IMG/VR virus record: IMGVR_UViG_3300050120_000255
Coordinates: 14,491-78,490 of that record
Origin: a virus
Length of the DNA stretch: 64,000 bases
Strand: one strand, 5' to 3'
Both the position numbers and the translations under genes were made by a program. Shown in pieces: positions 46,551-55,979 of this stretch; positions within the stretch are counted from its first letter, which is position 1; every line of letters begins with the position of its first letter. The notes beneath the pieces were generated by a model. The model did no database searches, had not been told where the DNA came from, and was given only the letters and a program-made list of their open reading frames with translations.

Positions 46551-46931
46551 ATGAAAATCTGGGCTTTGATTTCCTGCTTTCCTGAAGAGACGGCCCCCGT
46601 ATACCCACATCTGTTTTTGACGCGGGAGTCGGCCGACAAGGCATTCGACGAAATCATGCGCGAGGAATGGGACCACTACGCCCCTGGAGACGATGATGGA
46701 GAGCCGTTGCCCTATCCCGGCGATCCGGCCGCGGCAAACGAGGCTATCCACGAAAACGACGCGGAAGAATCCTGGGGTCAATGGGAACTGATCTGTGTCG
46801 AGGTACCACGTAAGCCAGTTGAGGCGCCCCCAACGCTCTCCGATCTGAAAAAGCAAATCGAGGATCTGGATAAGAAAGTCGACATTCTTTCTGTTTGGCG
46901 CGATCGTTTGGTTTTCGCTGCGGCTCAATAG
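46551..46931 (+). CDS. acidic hypothetical protein
   Basis: GGAGG RBS. Confidence 0.7.
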   Translation: MKIWALISCFPEETAPVYPHLFLTRESADKAFDEIMREEWDHYAPGDDDGEPLPYPGDPAAANEAIHENDAEESWGQWELICVEVPRKPVEAPPTLSDLKKQIEDLDKKVDILSVWRDRLVFAAAQ

Positions 46932-47334
46932 CGCCAAGGCTCATTTTGAAAGGTCCAGATATCATGTGGTTTTTTAAGCCAAGACGAACAGCCGCAGAAG
47001 AACTGTCACCCTCGGCTGACTTTATGAGGCTGAAGGCTCGGGCGGAAAAATATCCTTTCTCAGTCTCCGTTCGCGAATTCGATGAAGCGATTGGGGAGCG
47101 CACGCGCTGCGCTACCCTACAGGAAGCCAAAGAGGCCGCGTCAGAGATCGCCGCACGTCTATCAAAGACACGCCGAGCCTGGATAACGAGCGATCGCGGA
47201 CGGATCATGACCGATTGGGCGACCGACGGGAACTTTACATGGCCCGACGACTGGACACCACGTAAGCCAGTTGAGGCGCCCCCAACGCTCTCCGATCTGA
47301 AAAAGCAAATCGAGGATCTGGATAAGAAAGTCGA
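46805..47334 (+). repeat. identical 78-bp segment in two adjacent genes
   Basis: 46805-46882 equals 47257-47334, encoding PRKPVEAPPTLSDLKKQIEDLDKKV. Confidence 0.95.
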
Positions 47335-47383
47335 AAAGCTTCTTTATGCTCAAATGCAGAGCGCCGGCACTCTCCCCAAGTGA
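46964..47383 (+). CDS. hypothetical protein
   Basis: AAGG RBS before ATG 46964. Confidence 0.6.
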   Translation: MWFFKPRRTAAEELSPSADFMRLKARAEKYPFSVSVREFDEAIGERTRCATLQEAKEAASEIAARLSKTRRAWITSDRGRIMTDWATDGNFTWPDDWTPRKPVEAPPTLSDLKKQIEDLDKKVEKLLYAQMQSAGTLPK

Positions 47384-47514
47384 ACTTCTAACCCCCCATA
47401 TCGTAATTCTTATCCGTGGCGCGCGATCGCCGCGACCGGATAACTGCGCCCGTTTCATACCTTCAACCTATCCGTTTAAGTGATAGAACCCCAACTGAAA
47501 GGAGACCCACAACC

Positions 47515-47856
47515 ATGCTCAATTGGATCAGCCAAAACATTCTCCGCCCGCTTTTCGAGCCGCTTGCGTGGCATCCCATGGGCAGCCCCAAACCGCTCCC
47601 GCCGTGCACGATCACCGAAAAGATGATTCAGGAGGGTGGCGGAATGAGCCGCGAGTTTCGCCTCGCCGCGATCATCCTTGGTGGCGCAAGCGTCCTATGC
47701 CTCTCTACGGTCGTCTGGTCCCTTGTGAACCAGCGTCGGACGGAAGTTGACTGCGTCGCTCGCAACCTCAATCAGGTGAGCCGCATGGCCTTCTCCGAAG
47801 AGGTCGACCCCGGATTTGCGTCCGCCCAATCGCCGAAAATTAAAATCGTCGAATAG
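47515..47856 (+). CDS. membrane hypothetical protein
   Basis: AAGGAG RBS; one TM. Confidence 0.5.
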   Translation: MLNWISQNILRPLFEPLAWHPMGSPKPLPPCTITEKMIQEGGGMSREFRLAAIILGGASVLCLSTVVWSLVNQRRTEVDCVARNLNQVSRMAFSEEVDPGFASAQSPKIKIVE

Positions 47857-48047
47857 GCCATCTGTGCTATTCGCTGCTTGACGGCGAGCATAACAACGGT
47901 CTAGATAGATCCAGGCCCCCCCAGCCAAGAGGCCTCGCAACATAGGAGGCGGCCATGATGTAGCGGAGGCGAAATCCTTCGGCAAACGGCGGGATAGTGG
48001 CGCCGTTTCGCGAAGAATTTCCTTCAGTCTATTAGGAGGACTTATAG

Positions 48048-48326
48048 ATGTCAAAGACACACACACACCACCAAACGATTGAAATGCTCGGCCCCATCGA
48101 TTCGATGGATCTTACCGTCGAGGTCGTTTTCACGAAGAGCCGAGACTATCCCGCTACCTGGGATGAACCGGCGCACGGCGGCGAGATCGGCATCACAGAG
48201 ATTCATCTCTTCGACACGGCTACCAAGAAATACCTCGACGTCGCCCCTTGGCTCCAGACCTTTTTGCGCAAGGCGATCGACGAGGGCGCCCTCTTCGAAT
48301 ACGCGCGCGAAGAGACCTTCGCATGA
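48048..48326 (+). CDS. phage hypothetical protein
   Basis: AGGAGG RBS; PATWDEPAHGGE. Confidence 0.7.
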   Translation: MSKTHTHHQTIEMLGPIDSMDLTVEVVFTKSRDYPATWDEPAHGGEIGITEIHLFDTATKKYLDVAPWLQTFLRKAIDEGALFEYAREETFA

Positions 48327-48697
48327 TCGGGCGCTTTCTCATCGTCTGCGCCGCCGCCGCCGGCGTCGCCGCGTCCGCTGCCCTTGCCGCTGATCCGGCG
48401 CCGAAGTGTGACCTCAACGTGGAAGGCGCCTGGCTGTGCCACGGCGCGGCAGGCGATCACTGCGCACAGCCGGTTGACGCCTCAGCGCCCCGCGACCCGA
48501 ACGCCACGCCGCATCAAATCTGCGAGGGCGAATACAGCACGAAAGAGTACATCAATCAGATTTTGGCCGGGACGCTCAAGGCCGAAGGCCGCGCCCGGTT
48601 GATCCGCCTTTGCGAGTTCACAAAGACCCAGCGCCAACCCGGTCATGTGACCTACGCCATCATCACATCAGCAACAGAGAAGGAGTCCGCACATTGA
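48323..48697 (+). CDS. secreted Cys-rich protein
   Basis: Signal-peptide-like N-terminus; five Cys in the mature part. Confidence 0.55.
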   Translation: MIGRFLIVCAAAAGVAASAALAADPAPKCDLNVEGAWLCHGAAGDHCAQPVDASAPRDPNATPHQICEGEYSTKEYINQILAGTLKAEGRARLIRLCEFTKTQRQPGHVTYAIITSATEKESAH

Positions 48698-49281
48698 GCG
48701 ATTTCGATTGGAACAAACCCTTCCGCGCCAAGAACGGGGACAAGGCCGAACTTCTGGGCACCTTGAACACAAATTCCGGCTACCCACGAATCGTTCGGTT
48801 CACGGGAAACGACGGAGTCCAACGCGCCTGTGGGGTGAGATTAGACGGGACAATCACCTACGACCCCCGTCACAGTCTCGAAAACTACGAGGTCGAGCAG
48901 GCCTGTACAGTCACGGACACTCGCGCCCCGGCTCTGATCAAGGCCTTCGATTGGAATAAACCTTATCGCGCTGAAAGCGGTAGAAAGGCCGAGCGAATCG
49001 ACGTTCTTACGACAAGGGGATCGCCATATAAGAACGTCATCAAATACACCCACGCGAACGGATCTCAAGAGGTAGATACTGTCCAAGACGGCGGGAGCGC
49101 CGGGGGTCTCGAGCACTCGAGAAACCTCGTGAACTACGAAGTCGAGCGCACCATGTTCGCGCCGATTTTCCGCTCCCCACATGGGGATTATGTCGGAACT
49201 CTTGTGCCGACCGAATCGGAGGCCCAGCGCCCTAAAAACTATGCTTTCCTTGGTGTCGCAACCGTGACGTGGAAGGCCTGA
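48694..49281 (+). CDS. hypothetical protein with two homologous domains
   Basis: FDWNKP(F/Y)RA..G.KAE...L.NYEVE occurs twice; AAGGAG RBS. Confidence 0.7.
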   Translation: MSDFDWNKPFRAKNGDKAELLGTLNTNSGYPRIVRFTGNDGVQRACGVRLDGTITYDPRHSLENYEVEQACTVTDTRAPALIKAFDWNKPYRAESGRKAERIDVLTTRGSPYKNVIKYTHANGSQEVDTVQDGGSAGGLEHSRNLVNYEVERTMFAPIFRSPHGDYVGTLVPTESEAQRPKNYAFLGVATVTWKA

Positions 49282-49284
49282 TCG

Positions 49285-49542
49285 ATGTTCAACAATACCT
49301 CAATGGTAAATTTGCTTCTGAACAAAAGCATGTTCATGAAATCTTCAAAACACCGAGGCCCCGGCGATCAGACGACCGGGCCGGAGGCGGCCGGGAAGTT
49401 CCGCGCGCGGCACAGCGGCGGCCGCCCGACGATCGCGAGGCTTGAGCGCGAGGCCCGCATTCACAACGGCGCTCGCCCGCTGTCATTCGGCCAAGCCGGC
49501 GGGCGCGAGCGCACGATCGCAAAGCGTGTGGCGGCGCGATGA
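49285..49542 (+). CDS. basic hypothetical protein
   Basis: Fills the operon gap, ATGA-coupled. Confidence 0.5.
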   Translation: MFNNTSMVNLLLNKSMFMKSSKHRGPGDQTTGPEAAGKFRARHSGGRPTIARLEREARIHNGARPLSFGQAGGRERTIAKRVAAR

Positions 49543-50252
49543 GCGCCGGCATGTCTGGAAAGGACCACTATAAGGTCGAGGCCGCTTTGAACCATGGGTT
49601 TGATCCGATCGACTCCGACGACATCGCGCCAACCTCGAGATATTTTGTGAAAGCCGAGCAAGATGACGGATATTCGCTCATTTGCACCGATGCGGATGTC
49701 GTCAAACTTGTGGACGCGGCGGTCGAGAAAGGCCGCAAGGACTCCGCCCAAGAGCTTGCTCGGTTGCATGAGAACCATAGCCTTGTGAATGATGATCTCG
49801 CGGAGGCGAGGGCCGGCCTATCCACTGTGACGGAAGAGCGGGACAAGATTAGAGCGGGACTCAGTGCGCTTGTGCATTGTCAGTCGACCCTCGCTCGTAG
49901 CGAAATGCGCGAGGCGGCGGCAGAAATATTAGAGGGCCGCATCGATCCTATGTGCGATCAATCCCCGTTTATTCGCGGGAGCGTGGAGAGTTGGCGAACG
50001 CAGCGCACCCTATCAGCCGAGCGCGAGCGTGCGGAGAAGGTCGAGGCCGATCGGGATAGGCTTAATACAACCAAGGCTATGCGCGACAGGATACGCGAGT
50101 TAACGCGGCTAGGCGGCCATGACGATTATGACCGATCTGTCGTGATGCTTCTCGATGATTTTGACGCCCTATCGGCCGCATATACGCGCGCACAAGCGGC
50201 GGGGGATGTCCGCCGCGCCCGCGCCGCCCTTCAGACGAGGAGAACACTATGA
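49539..50252 (+). CDS. mosaic coiled-coil protein
   Basis: ATGA-coupled; shares segments with the next genes. Confidence 0.65.
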   Translation: MSAGMSGKDHYKVEAALNHGFDPIDSDDIAPTSRYFVKAEQDDGYSLICTDADVVKLVDAAVEKGRKDSAQELARLHENHSLVNDDLAEARAGLSTVTEERDKIRAGLSALVHCQSTLARSEMREAAAEILEGRIDPMCDQSPFIRGSVESWRTQRTLSAERERAEKVEADRDRLNTTKAMRDRIRELTRLGGHDDYDRSVVMLLDDFDALSAAYTRAQAAGDVRRARAALQTRRTL

Positions 50253-50995
50253 AAAGCGATAGCGCTTACGAGGCGGAGATCGCCGGGCTGCGCGACAGCC
50301 TAGCCGCTGTGGAAGCGGAGCGCGATGCGGCAAGTTTGCACGCGCGAACACTCAATCGTCTGTTAGGTGGCGCTGAAGGTGAAGTTAATGAGCTTCGAGA
50401 TATCATCTCATCCGCCCGCGCGGCTCCCGATGCGGTCGAGGCTGCGATGCTGGCGTGGTGGCCTGGAACATGGCCCAACAAAAACCAACTGGTGAACGCA
50501 GACAAAGCACGAAACAGGATGCAAGCCGCTCTCACCGCAGCAGGTATCCACGTATCAGCCGAGCGCGAGCGCGCGGAGAAGGCTGAGGCAGAGCTGAACA
50601 TACAACGTGATCGCGTGAAGACAGTTTATGAAAACCTCACGGGCGAACGAAAGAAAGTTTCAGAGCTTCGCCGGAATGTCTTTTCGATGCAGACGCGCTC
50701 ATGGCTGGACGGAAAAGGGGCTGTCATCCGAGCCGCTGCTGATTTTGGCATAGACACGGCTCTGTACGATTTGATGACCAACCTGACGGCTCCCGCAGAG
50801 TTTGCGGCACCTGTCGAGAAGGTCGCAGTGACCAAGGATATGATGGACCGCGCTGTCATGGCTTGGCACGGCTCCGAAGATCGACACACTTATGAGCCGG
50901 ATAGGTGGCAGCGCGCTTTGGAAGCGGCGTTTCACGGCACTTGTTCTTCCGATGCCGCGCAGGTCGGTGGGGAGAGCAAGCCATGCACGGCTTGA
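50249..50995 (+). CDS. mosaic coiled-coil protein
   Basis: GAGGAG RBS; shared segments. Confidence 0.65.
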   Translation: MKSDSAYEAEIAGLRDSLAAVEAERDAASLHARTLNRLLGGAEGEVNELRDIISSARAAPDAVEAAMLAWWPGTWPNKNQLVNADKARNRMQAALTAAGIHVSAERERAEKAEAELNIQRDRVKTVYENLTGERKKVSELRRNVFSMQTRSWLDGKGAVIRAAADFGIDTALYDLMTNLTAPAEFAAPVEKVAVTKDMMDRAVMAWHGSEDRHTYEPDRWQRALEAAFHGTCSSDAAQVGGESKPCTA

Positions 50996-51270
50996 GCAAC
51001 AAGCAATATCGGGCGCTGTCGAATGACGAGAGGCTCGCCTACGACATAGCGCAAGAGGACGCGTTTCGCTCCGAGCGAGCCGAGCGCGAGAAGTCAAACG
51101 ATCGCTTGCACGAACGGATCGAGGCGCTTGAGGCGATCGTTGCGGAGCTTCAAGCACACAGAGAGAGAGAGGCGGGTAATGCACTCCGTCTTGCTAGTCC
51201 TGGCATGCATGGCGAGGCCGCCGCGCGACGATTGCTCGGATCAGACCGCAAAATGGAGCTGGACCAATGA
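50983..51270 (+). CDS. hypothetical protein
   Basis: GGAG RBS before ATG 50983. Confidence 0.55.
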   Translation: MHGLSNKQYRALSNDERLAYDIAQEDAFRSERAEREKSNDRLHERIEALEAIVAELQAHREREAGNALRLASPGMHGEAAARRLLGSDRKMELDQ

Positions 51271-51436
51271 GCGGCCGGGACGAGATGATCGAAAGCCTCG
51301 CGAAGGACTTGTTCCTCATCGACTACCCTAAAGACAAATGGGAGCGGTTCAAGCCGGACGATTGGGCACCGAATCACTACAGAGCCGTTGCCAGCGCCGC
51401 ACTCGCTAAAGCCATCGAGAAAATGGAGTTGGGAGA

Positions 51437-52513
51437 ATGAGCGACGTTTCACTTACATCAGAGCCGACCTTCGCCGAAGGCTTGCAGGGCTTTGCTTCAT
51501 TCTGTGAGAGCTGCGCTCGCGACGGCGGCATGAAGCCTGACGACATCACAACGGTTGTCGGTAAACTGCGCGACGCTGCCTTCGTTGTGAGCGGTCTCCA
51601 AAAGGTTCGAGACGAAGCCCGCGCCCGCATCGCCGAACTTGAACGCATCATCAGCGATGCGCAAGCGGCTCCCGATGCTGTCACACAGACGCGCGCGTGG
51701 AAAACTATCGACAGCGCGCCCGCGGACGGAACGTTAATCCTGGTTTTCGCACCCGGCACTGAATTTGAACTATCCGACATCGTCTGCACTTGTGCTTGGC
51801 ACGAGGACGCGGGGTTCTGTGTTTGCGAGCTTCGTTACCCTACACATTGGATGCCCCTCCCCGAACCTCCCGCAGAGTTCGCGGCGCAGGATTACGACGC
51901 ATCTGATACGCGCGATAATTCCGCCGCGTCCGAAGAGTGTACACAAATTTCTGTCCATCCCGACCATATCGGAGCTTTGAAGCTACTGGACGCGGCCAAC
52001 ACCCGCATCGCTGAACTGGAACGCATCATCAACGATGCGCAAGCGGCTCCCGATGCTGTAGAGGCGGCTTGCGATGCCTGGGGGCGCGAGCTTTGGCTGT
52101 GTGCTCCTAGCGCCATGCAAGTCGCTCTCACCGCAGCCACGCTAAACAACGATGCGCGGGTGAAGGAACTTGAAAGGGAACGGGATAAAGCGCTGATCGA
52201 TGTCATGAACTTACGCGTACTGCTGGATGGCTTCCAGGATGACCGCGCGACGGATTTAGAAGCCAGGTATGCGCGGATTGCGGAGCTTAAAGCGGCGCTG
52301 AACAAAATCGTCGAAGAGGGCACGATTACGACGACAACCCGCGTAGGCGATATGTACGATTTAGTGACCGGATATGAAGATAGCCAGGACATCCACCCAT
52401 TAGCCGAAATCGCCCGCGCCGCCCTCAAAACAACCGGATCGAGCTGCTTTCGAAGCCCTCCACAAGGAATGCCAAAAACTGGCGTCTGCCGCGCGCAAGG
52501 CCATACACAATGA
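51437..52513 (+). CDS. mosaic protein with DUF551-like domain
   Basis: WKTIDSAPADGTLILV...PTHWMPLPEPP flanked by a duplicated RIAELERII.DAQAAPDAV. Confidence 0.7.
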   Translation: MSDVSLTSEPTFAEGLQGFASFCESCARDGGMKPDDITTVVGKLRDAAFVVSGLQKVRDEARARIAELERIISDAQAAPDAVTQTRAWKTIDSAPADGTLILVFAPGTEFELSDIVCTCAWHEDAGFCVCELRYPTHWMPLPEPPAEFAAQDYDASDTRDNSAASEECTQISVHPDHIGALKLLDAANTRIAELERIINDAQAAPDAVEAACDAWGRELWLCAPSAMQVALTAATLNNDARVKELERERDKALIDVMNLRVLLDGFQDDRATDLEARYARIAELKAALNKIVEEGTITTTTRVGDMYDLVTGYEDSQDIHPLAEIARAALKTTGSSCFRSPPQGMPKTGVCRAQGHTQ

Positions 52514-52690
52514 AGGAATCGCCGATCGGAAAGTGTCGGCGTTGCACAAGCTCTTGAGCGAGGCCGCGTCGGGCATGACCTATTGGAATCCGGTCACAGC
52601 GCGCGGCAAGATAGTAAAAAGCGACGTGCTCGCCCGGATCGAGCGTGTCCTCTTCCCGCCCGAGGCCGACGAAACAATCGGTGTAATTAT

Positions 52691-52915
52691 TTGACGCGAA
52701 TTTATGCGCGCGACGCTCGAGTCATTCGCCTCGGTGAAGCAATGTCGCGAGCGCTCGGGATTGATCCTGATCGCCTCGCTCCGCACGACCCACAAATCGA
52801 CGAGCACCCAGAGGTGCTGAAGCTCGAGGCGGCCGCCCGCCGCCATATGAAAACTTTCGACGCGCTGGCCCCCTATAAGCGACGCGCTTCGACCCAACGG
52901 AAACGGCCGAATTAG
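52691..52915 (+). CDS. hypothetical protein
   Basis: TTG start overlapping the stop of a short upstream ORF. Confidence 0.4.
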   Translation: MTRIYARDARVIRLGEAMSRALGIDPDRLAPHDPQIDEHPEVLKLEAAARRHMKTFDALAPYKRRASTQRKRPN

Positions 52916-52938
52916 GCCAACAATAGAAAGGACAATCA

Positions 52939-53262
52939 ATGTTTAAGACATTTGCCAACGTCGCGATCGCCTCGGCGCTGTTTGTGGGCGTGGTGATCGG
53001 GATCAACGAGATTGACTTCGGGATTTTCAAGCACTTCGCGCCCAGGATTGAACGGGTCCGCCGCGAGACCTACGAGCAAAGCCGCGCCTTCCAAGAAGGC
53101 ACAGTGCGCGACCTCGAAAACCTTTCCCTTGAATACGCGGCGGGCAACCAGGCCGTCAAAGAAGCGATCAGGGCGGTCGCTTTGCATCGCCTGGCCGATC
53201 TTTCATCCGAACTGCTCACCCCCAATTTGCGCAGCTTCAAATCAGAACTGGAGATCAACTAG
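52939..53262 (+). CDS. membrane-anchored phage protein
   Basis: N-terminal TM; FAPRIERVRRETYEQSRAF; AAGGA RBS. Confidence 0.7.
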   Translation: MFKTFANVAIASALFVGVVIGINEIDFGIFKHFAPRIERVRRETYEQSRAFQEGTVRDLENLSLEYAAGNQAVKEAIRAVALHRLADLSSELLTPNLRSFKSELEIN

Positions 53263-53263
53263 C

Positions 53264-53776
53264 ATGCTGACTCGTCTTACCCTCGCGATCTGCGCCGCGA
53301 TTCTCACCTTCTCGTTGGCGGCCTGTGATACGCCGCCAGAATCCAGCGACCGAAAGATGAACCGTCAACAGGAACAGCTTTCAAACGAGGCGGCGTCGGA
53401 GGTTGGCCTACCGGCCATCACGAACTTCCAAGAAAAACGCATGATGAAGATGATCTTGGAATTGCGGGATCAGACGATCGCGACGGTCACTTACATTTCC
53501 GACCTGAACGGCCATCTGCACAAAATCTGTGACAGCGCCGGCTACGGCCTACCCTACGCCACTCAGTTCACAAACCCGATGAAGGTCGCCGGTGGCTTCA
53601 ACACCCCTTCGACGGGCAACGTGGCCGTCCCGCAGGCCGATCCAAATGGCTTGTTCTCGCCCGCGTCGGCGGATGGGACCTGGGTGATGTGTCTCGATCC
53701 TGCGGTTAAGAAGCTGAAGCCGGTTTATATCGAACCGCATGTCATCGTTTCTCCGTTCTCCCTCGCCGTCGAGTGA
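53264..53776 (+). CDS. phage lipoprotein
   Basis: Lipobox LAAC; GYGLPYATQFTNP, PQADPNGLF. Confidence 0.75.
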   Translation: MLTRLTLAICAAILTFSLAACDTPPESSDRKMNRQQEQLSNEAASEVGLPAITNFQEKRMMKMILELRDQTIATVTYISDLNGHLHKICDSAGYGLPYATQFTNPMKVAGGFNTPSTGNVAVPQADPNGLFSPASADGTWVMCLDPAVKKLKPVYIEPHVIVSPFSLAVE

Positions 53777-53882
53777 TCTAGACTCGGGCAGTCGCGGGGC
53801 CAGCGTTGCCGGACGAACCCGATCATCAGTGGATCGAGGATTTTGTCGCGGACGGGTATTCCTTGGAAGTTCGGAGGAGCGC

Positions 53883-54098
53883 ATGATTGAGCGATTTCAA
53901 GTTTGGAAGAACAATCGAAACGGATTCAACTATCTGATCCTAGGCCTTCCGAAATGGTCGGACAGCCCAGACGAAGGAAATCTCAAGACCTTCGTCTATT
54001 GTGTCAACACTGAAACCGGAGTCGAGTACACCCGAGCAGTAGAGTCGTGGAAAGGGATCAACCGAGACGGAGATCCCAGATTTACTAGGATCAAATAA
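53883..54098 (+). CDS. hypothetical protein
   Basis: GGAGG RBS. Confidence 0.55.
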   Translation: MIERFQVWKNNRNGFNYLILGLPKWSDSPDEGNLKTFVYCVNTETGVEYTRAVESWKGINRDGDPRFTRIK

Positions 54099-54371
54099 TT
54101 GGGGGTCTTTGTAGATAATATGAAGGCCTCTTACGGCCGGATGACTATGTGCCATATGTTTTCCGACTCCGATGAAGAGTTGCACGCCATGGCCGCGAAG
54201 ATTGGCGTCGCGCGCAAGTGGTTCCAACGGCCACCGAAAGCAGCTTGGCGCCACTACGATATTTGCCTTTCGATGCGCGCCAAAGCGCTCAGGCTCGGCG
54301 CCATCGAAATGGGATGGCGCGACCTGCCTGCCTGGGTGAAGGCGAACCAACCTGAAAGGAGCGCTTCGTGA
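54099..54371 (+). CDS. DUF4031-like protein
   Basis: VFVD...MCHM..DS.EELH.MA.KIG..RKWFQ...HYDI. Confidence 0.85.
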   Translation: MGVFVDNMKASYGRMTMCHMFSDSDEELHAMAAKIGVARKWFQRPPKAAWRHYDICLSMRAKALRLGAIEMGWRDLPAWVKANQPERSAS

Positions 54372-54526
54372 TCATTAAATGGAACCTCGACACCGGCGTC
54401 GTGGGCTGCGATCGCAGCGACGAAATCGAGATGGAGGACGACGCGACGGATGATGAGATCGAGGCTGCCGTCCGCGAGGAAGTTTTCAACTACATCGAGT
54501 GGGGCTGGGAGAAAGTCCCGACTTAA
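54368..54526 (+). CDS. 52-aa acidic protein
   Basis: Below the ORF-track cutoff; AAGGAG RBS, GTGA overlap. Confidence 0.6.
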   Translation: MIIKWNLDTGVVGCDRSDEIEMEDDATDDEIEAAVREEVFNYIEWGWEKVPT

Positions 54527-54571
54527 ATATGGGCAATTTAAAAGCTAATTCATTACAGAGAGGAGAATTTC

Positions 54572-54805
54572 ATGGAAGAGCGATTGCGCCTCGCCCTGAT
54601 AGAGCTTTGCGATGCTATTGAGGATTCTGATGCCGTCAGAGAAGTCGGAGCGGGCGAGGGGGAAGATGGTCCATATGCCCGAGCCTGTCATCTGTTAGGT
54701 AGACCACCTAAATGGCCGGACGATTGGGATTCAATTCCTGATTTGCGCGATGAGGACAGTGATCTCGATGGGGATGGCAATCCCGCGGATCACGGCGATG
54801 ACTGA
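54572..54805 (+). CDS. acidic hypothetical protein
   Basis: GAGGAG RBS. Confidence 0.6.
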   Translation: MEERLRLALIELCDAIEDSDAVREVGAGEGEDGPYARACHLLGRPPKWPDDWDSIPDLRDEDSDLDGDGNPADHGDD

Positions 54806-55979
54806 CCTCGTTCCCCCGGTTCCCTCCATCCGGCAGCTTGCCCCACTCGCATATAAGCAGGGGCCGGAAGCTCATTTCAAGACGCTGAAGGTCCCAGCCG
54901 ACTTCAAACCATCCGCGTTCAAAGCGGCGGTGGATTGGGTCATCCCGCGGCTCGTCGAGCAGCAGGAGCCGTTTTGGTGGCAGTTCTTCGACGGCGTTTT
55001 GCAGGACCAAGTCGAGTCCAACGGCGACCTAGACGTCGTTGAAGAATTTGATCACGCAAATTGGATTCAATCCCTTGCTGACCGAGTCGAGGAATATTTT
55101 TCCCCCTCTATGGAACTATCTATCGGTCAAATTACTTTCAGACACGTCCTGAACGACGCACCAACGAATGGCGATCGGGTCGACCGCGTTGCTCGGATGT
55201 GCGCTAAGGCCGCCATAGAAGAATTTTACATAAAGGCGTCATCTATCCCGCATTTCCTCTTGAGCGTGGGCGTCAATTGTGCTGATATAGAGGTTCTATC
55301 ATATGACGAAATAGATCCAATCAATCTACCCGATGAAGGGGCTCCCATTTTGAACACAGTAACGGCTGCAAACGGCGGCGAACCCATAGATGAAGAGGCC
55401 ATGATCAACGCCGAGGTCGAGGCGGAGCTGGCCTCTGTAAAGGGCGTTCGTAATGACGCGCTTGTCGCGGCAGGCGTGTCAATTCCAGAAGAAAAAAAGA
55501 AGGGCGGCCGCAAACCGCGCGGAGGTGCGCCTATCGGTCAAAACGCGGCCATGGCCATCTGGGCGGCCAATGCGATGAGGGCTCTGAAGACCCTCGGCGT
55601 CAAGGATCAGACGCTCGCCGACGCCTTGGACGTTACACGGGTCGCGGTCAACCACATCATCAATGACAGGCCCAACGCGAAGCTCTACGGTACGCAAAAA
55701 GAGGTCGACGCGATCCTCGGCGTCGCGAGCGCCATGCAAGGTGAGTTGGCCCGCATCGTGGGGAGCGTCGGAGATCCCAACTTCGAGGCGCTTGTCGTCA
55801 CCGCGATCTCCTCCACGGAAGCGCGGGTCGAGAAGGCCGTCGAAGAGGCCTTCGCGGAGCCGGAGCCGGAAGCGGCCGATGAGGAAGGCTTTGCAGACGA
55901 CGAAGAGGGATTTGCCGACAACGAAGAGGGCTTCGCTGATCCGGACGAGGAAGGCTTTGCGGAAGACGACACCGTCTAA
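54798..55979 (+). CDS. hypothetical protein with HTH-like segment and acidic repeat tail
   Basis: DQTLADALDVTRVAVNHIIN HTH-like segment; four EEGFA(D/E) repeats. Confidence 0.7.
   Translation: MTDLVPPVPSIRQLAPLAYKQGPEAHFKTLKVPADFKPSAFKAAVDWVIPRLVEQQEPFWWQFFDGVLQDQVESNGDLDVVEEFDHANWIQSLADRVEEYFSPSMELSIGQITFRHVLNDAPTNGDRVDRVARMCAKAAIEEFYIKASSIPHFLLSVGVNCADIEVLSYDEIDPINLPDEGAPILNTVTAANGGEPIDEEAMINAEVEAELASVKGVRNDALVAAGVSIPEEKKKGGRKPRGGAPIGQNAAMAIWAANAMRALKTLGVKDQTLADALDVTRVAVNHIINDRPNAKLYGTQKEVDAILGVASAMQGELARIVGSVGDPNFEALVVTAISSTEARVEKAVEEAFAEPEPEAADEEGFADDEEGFADNEEGFADPDEEGFAEDDTV

Noticed and set aside
43116-47334. The 87-bp and 78-bp duplications as DGR template/variable repeats
   Set aside because: No reverse transcriptase in the window; one pair is identical and the other has only three transitions.
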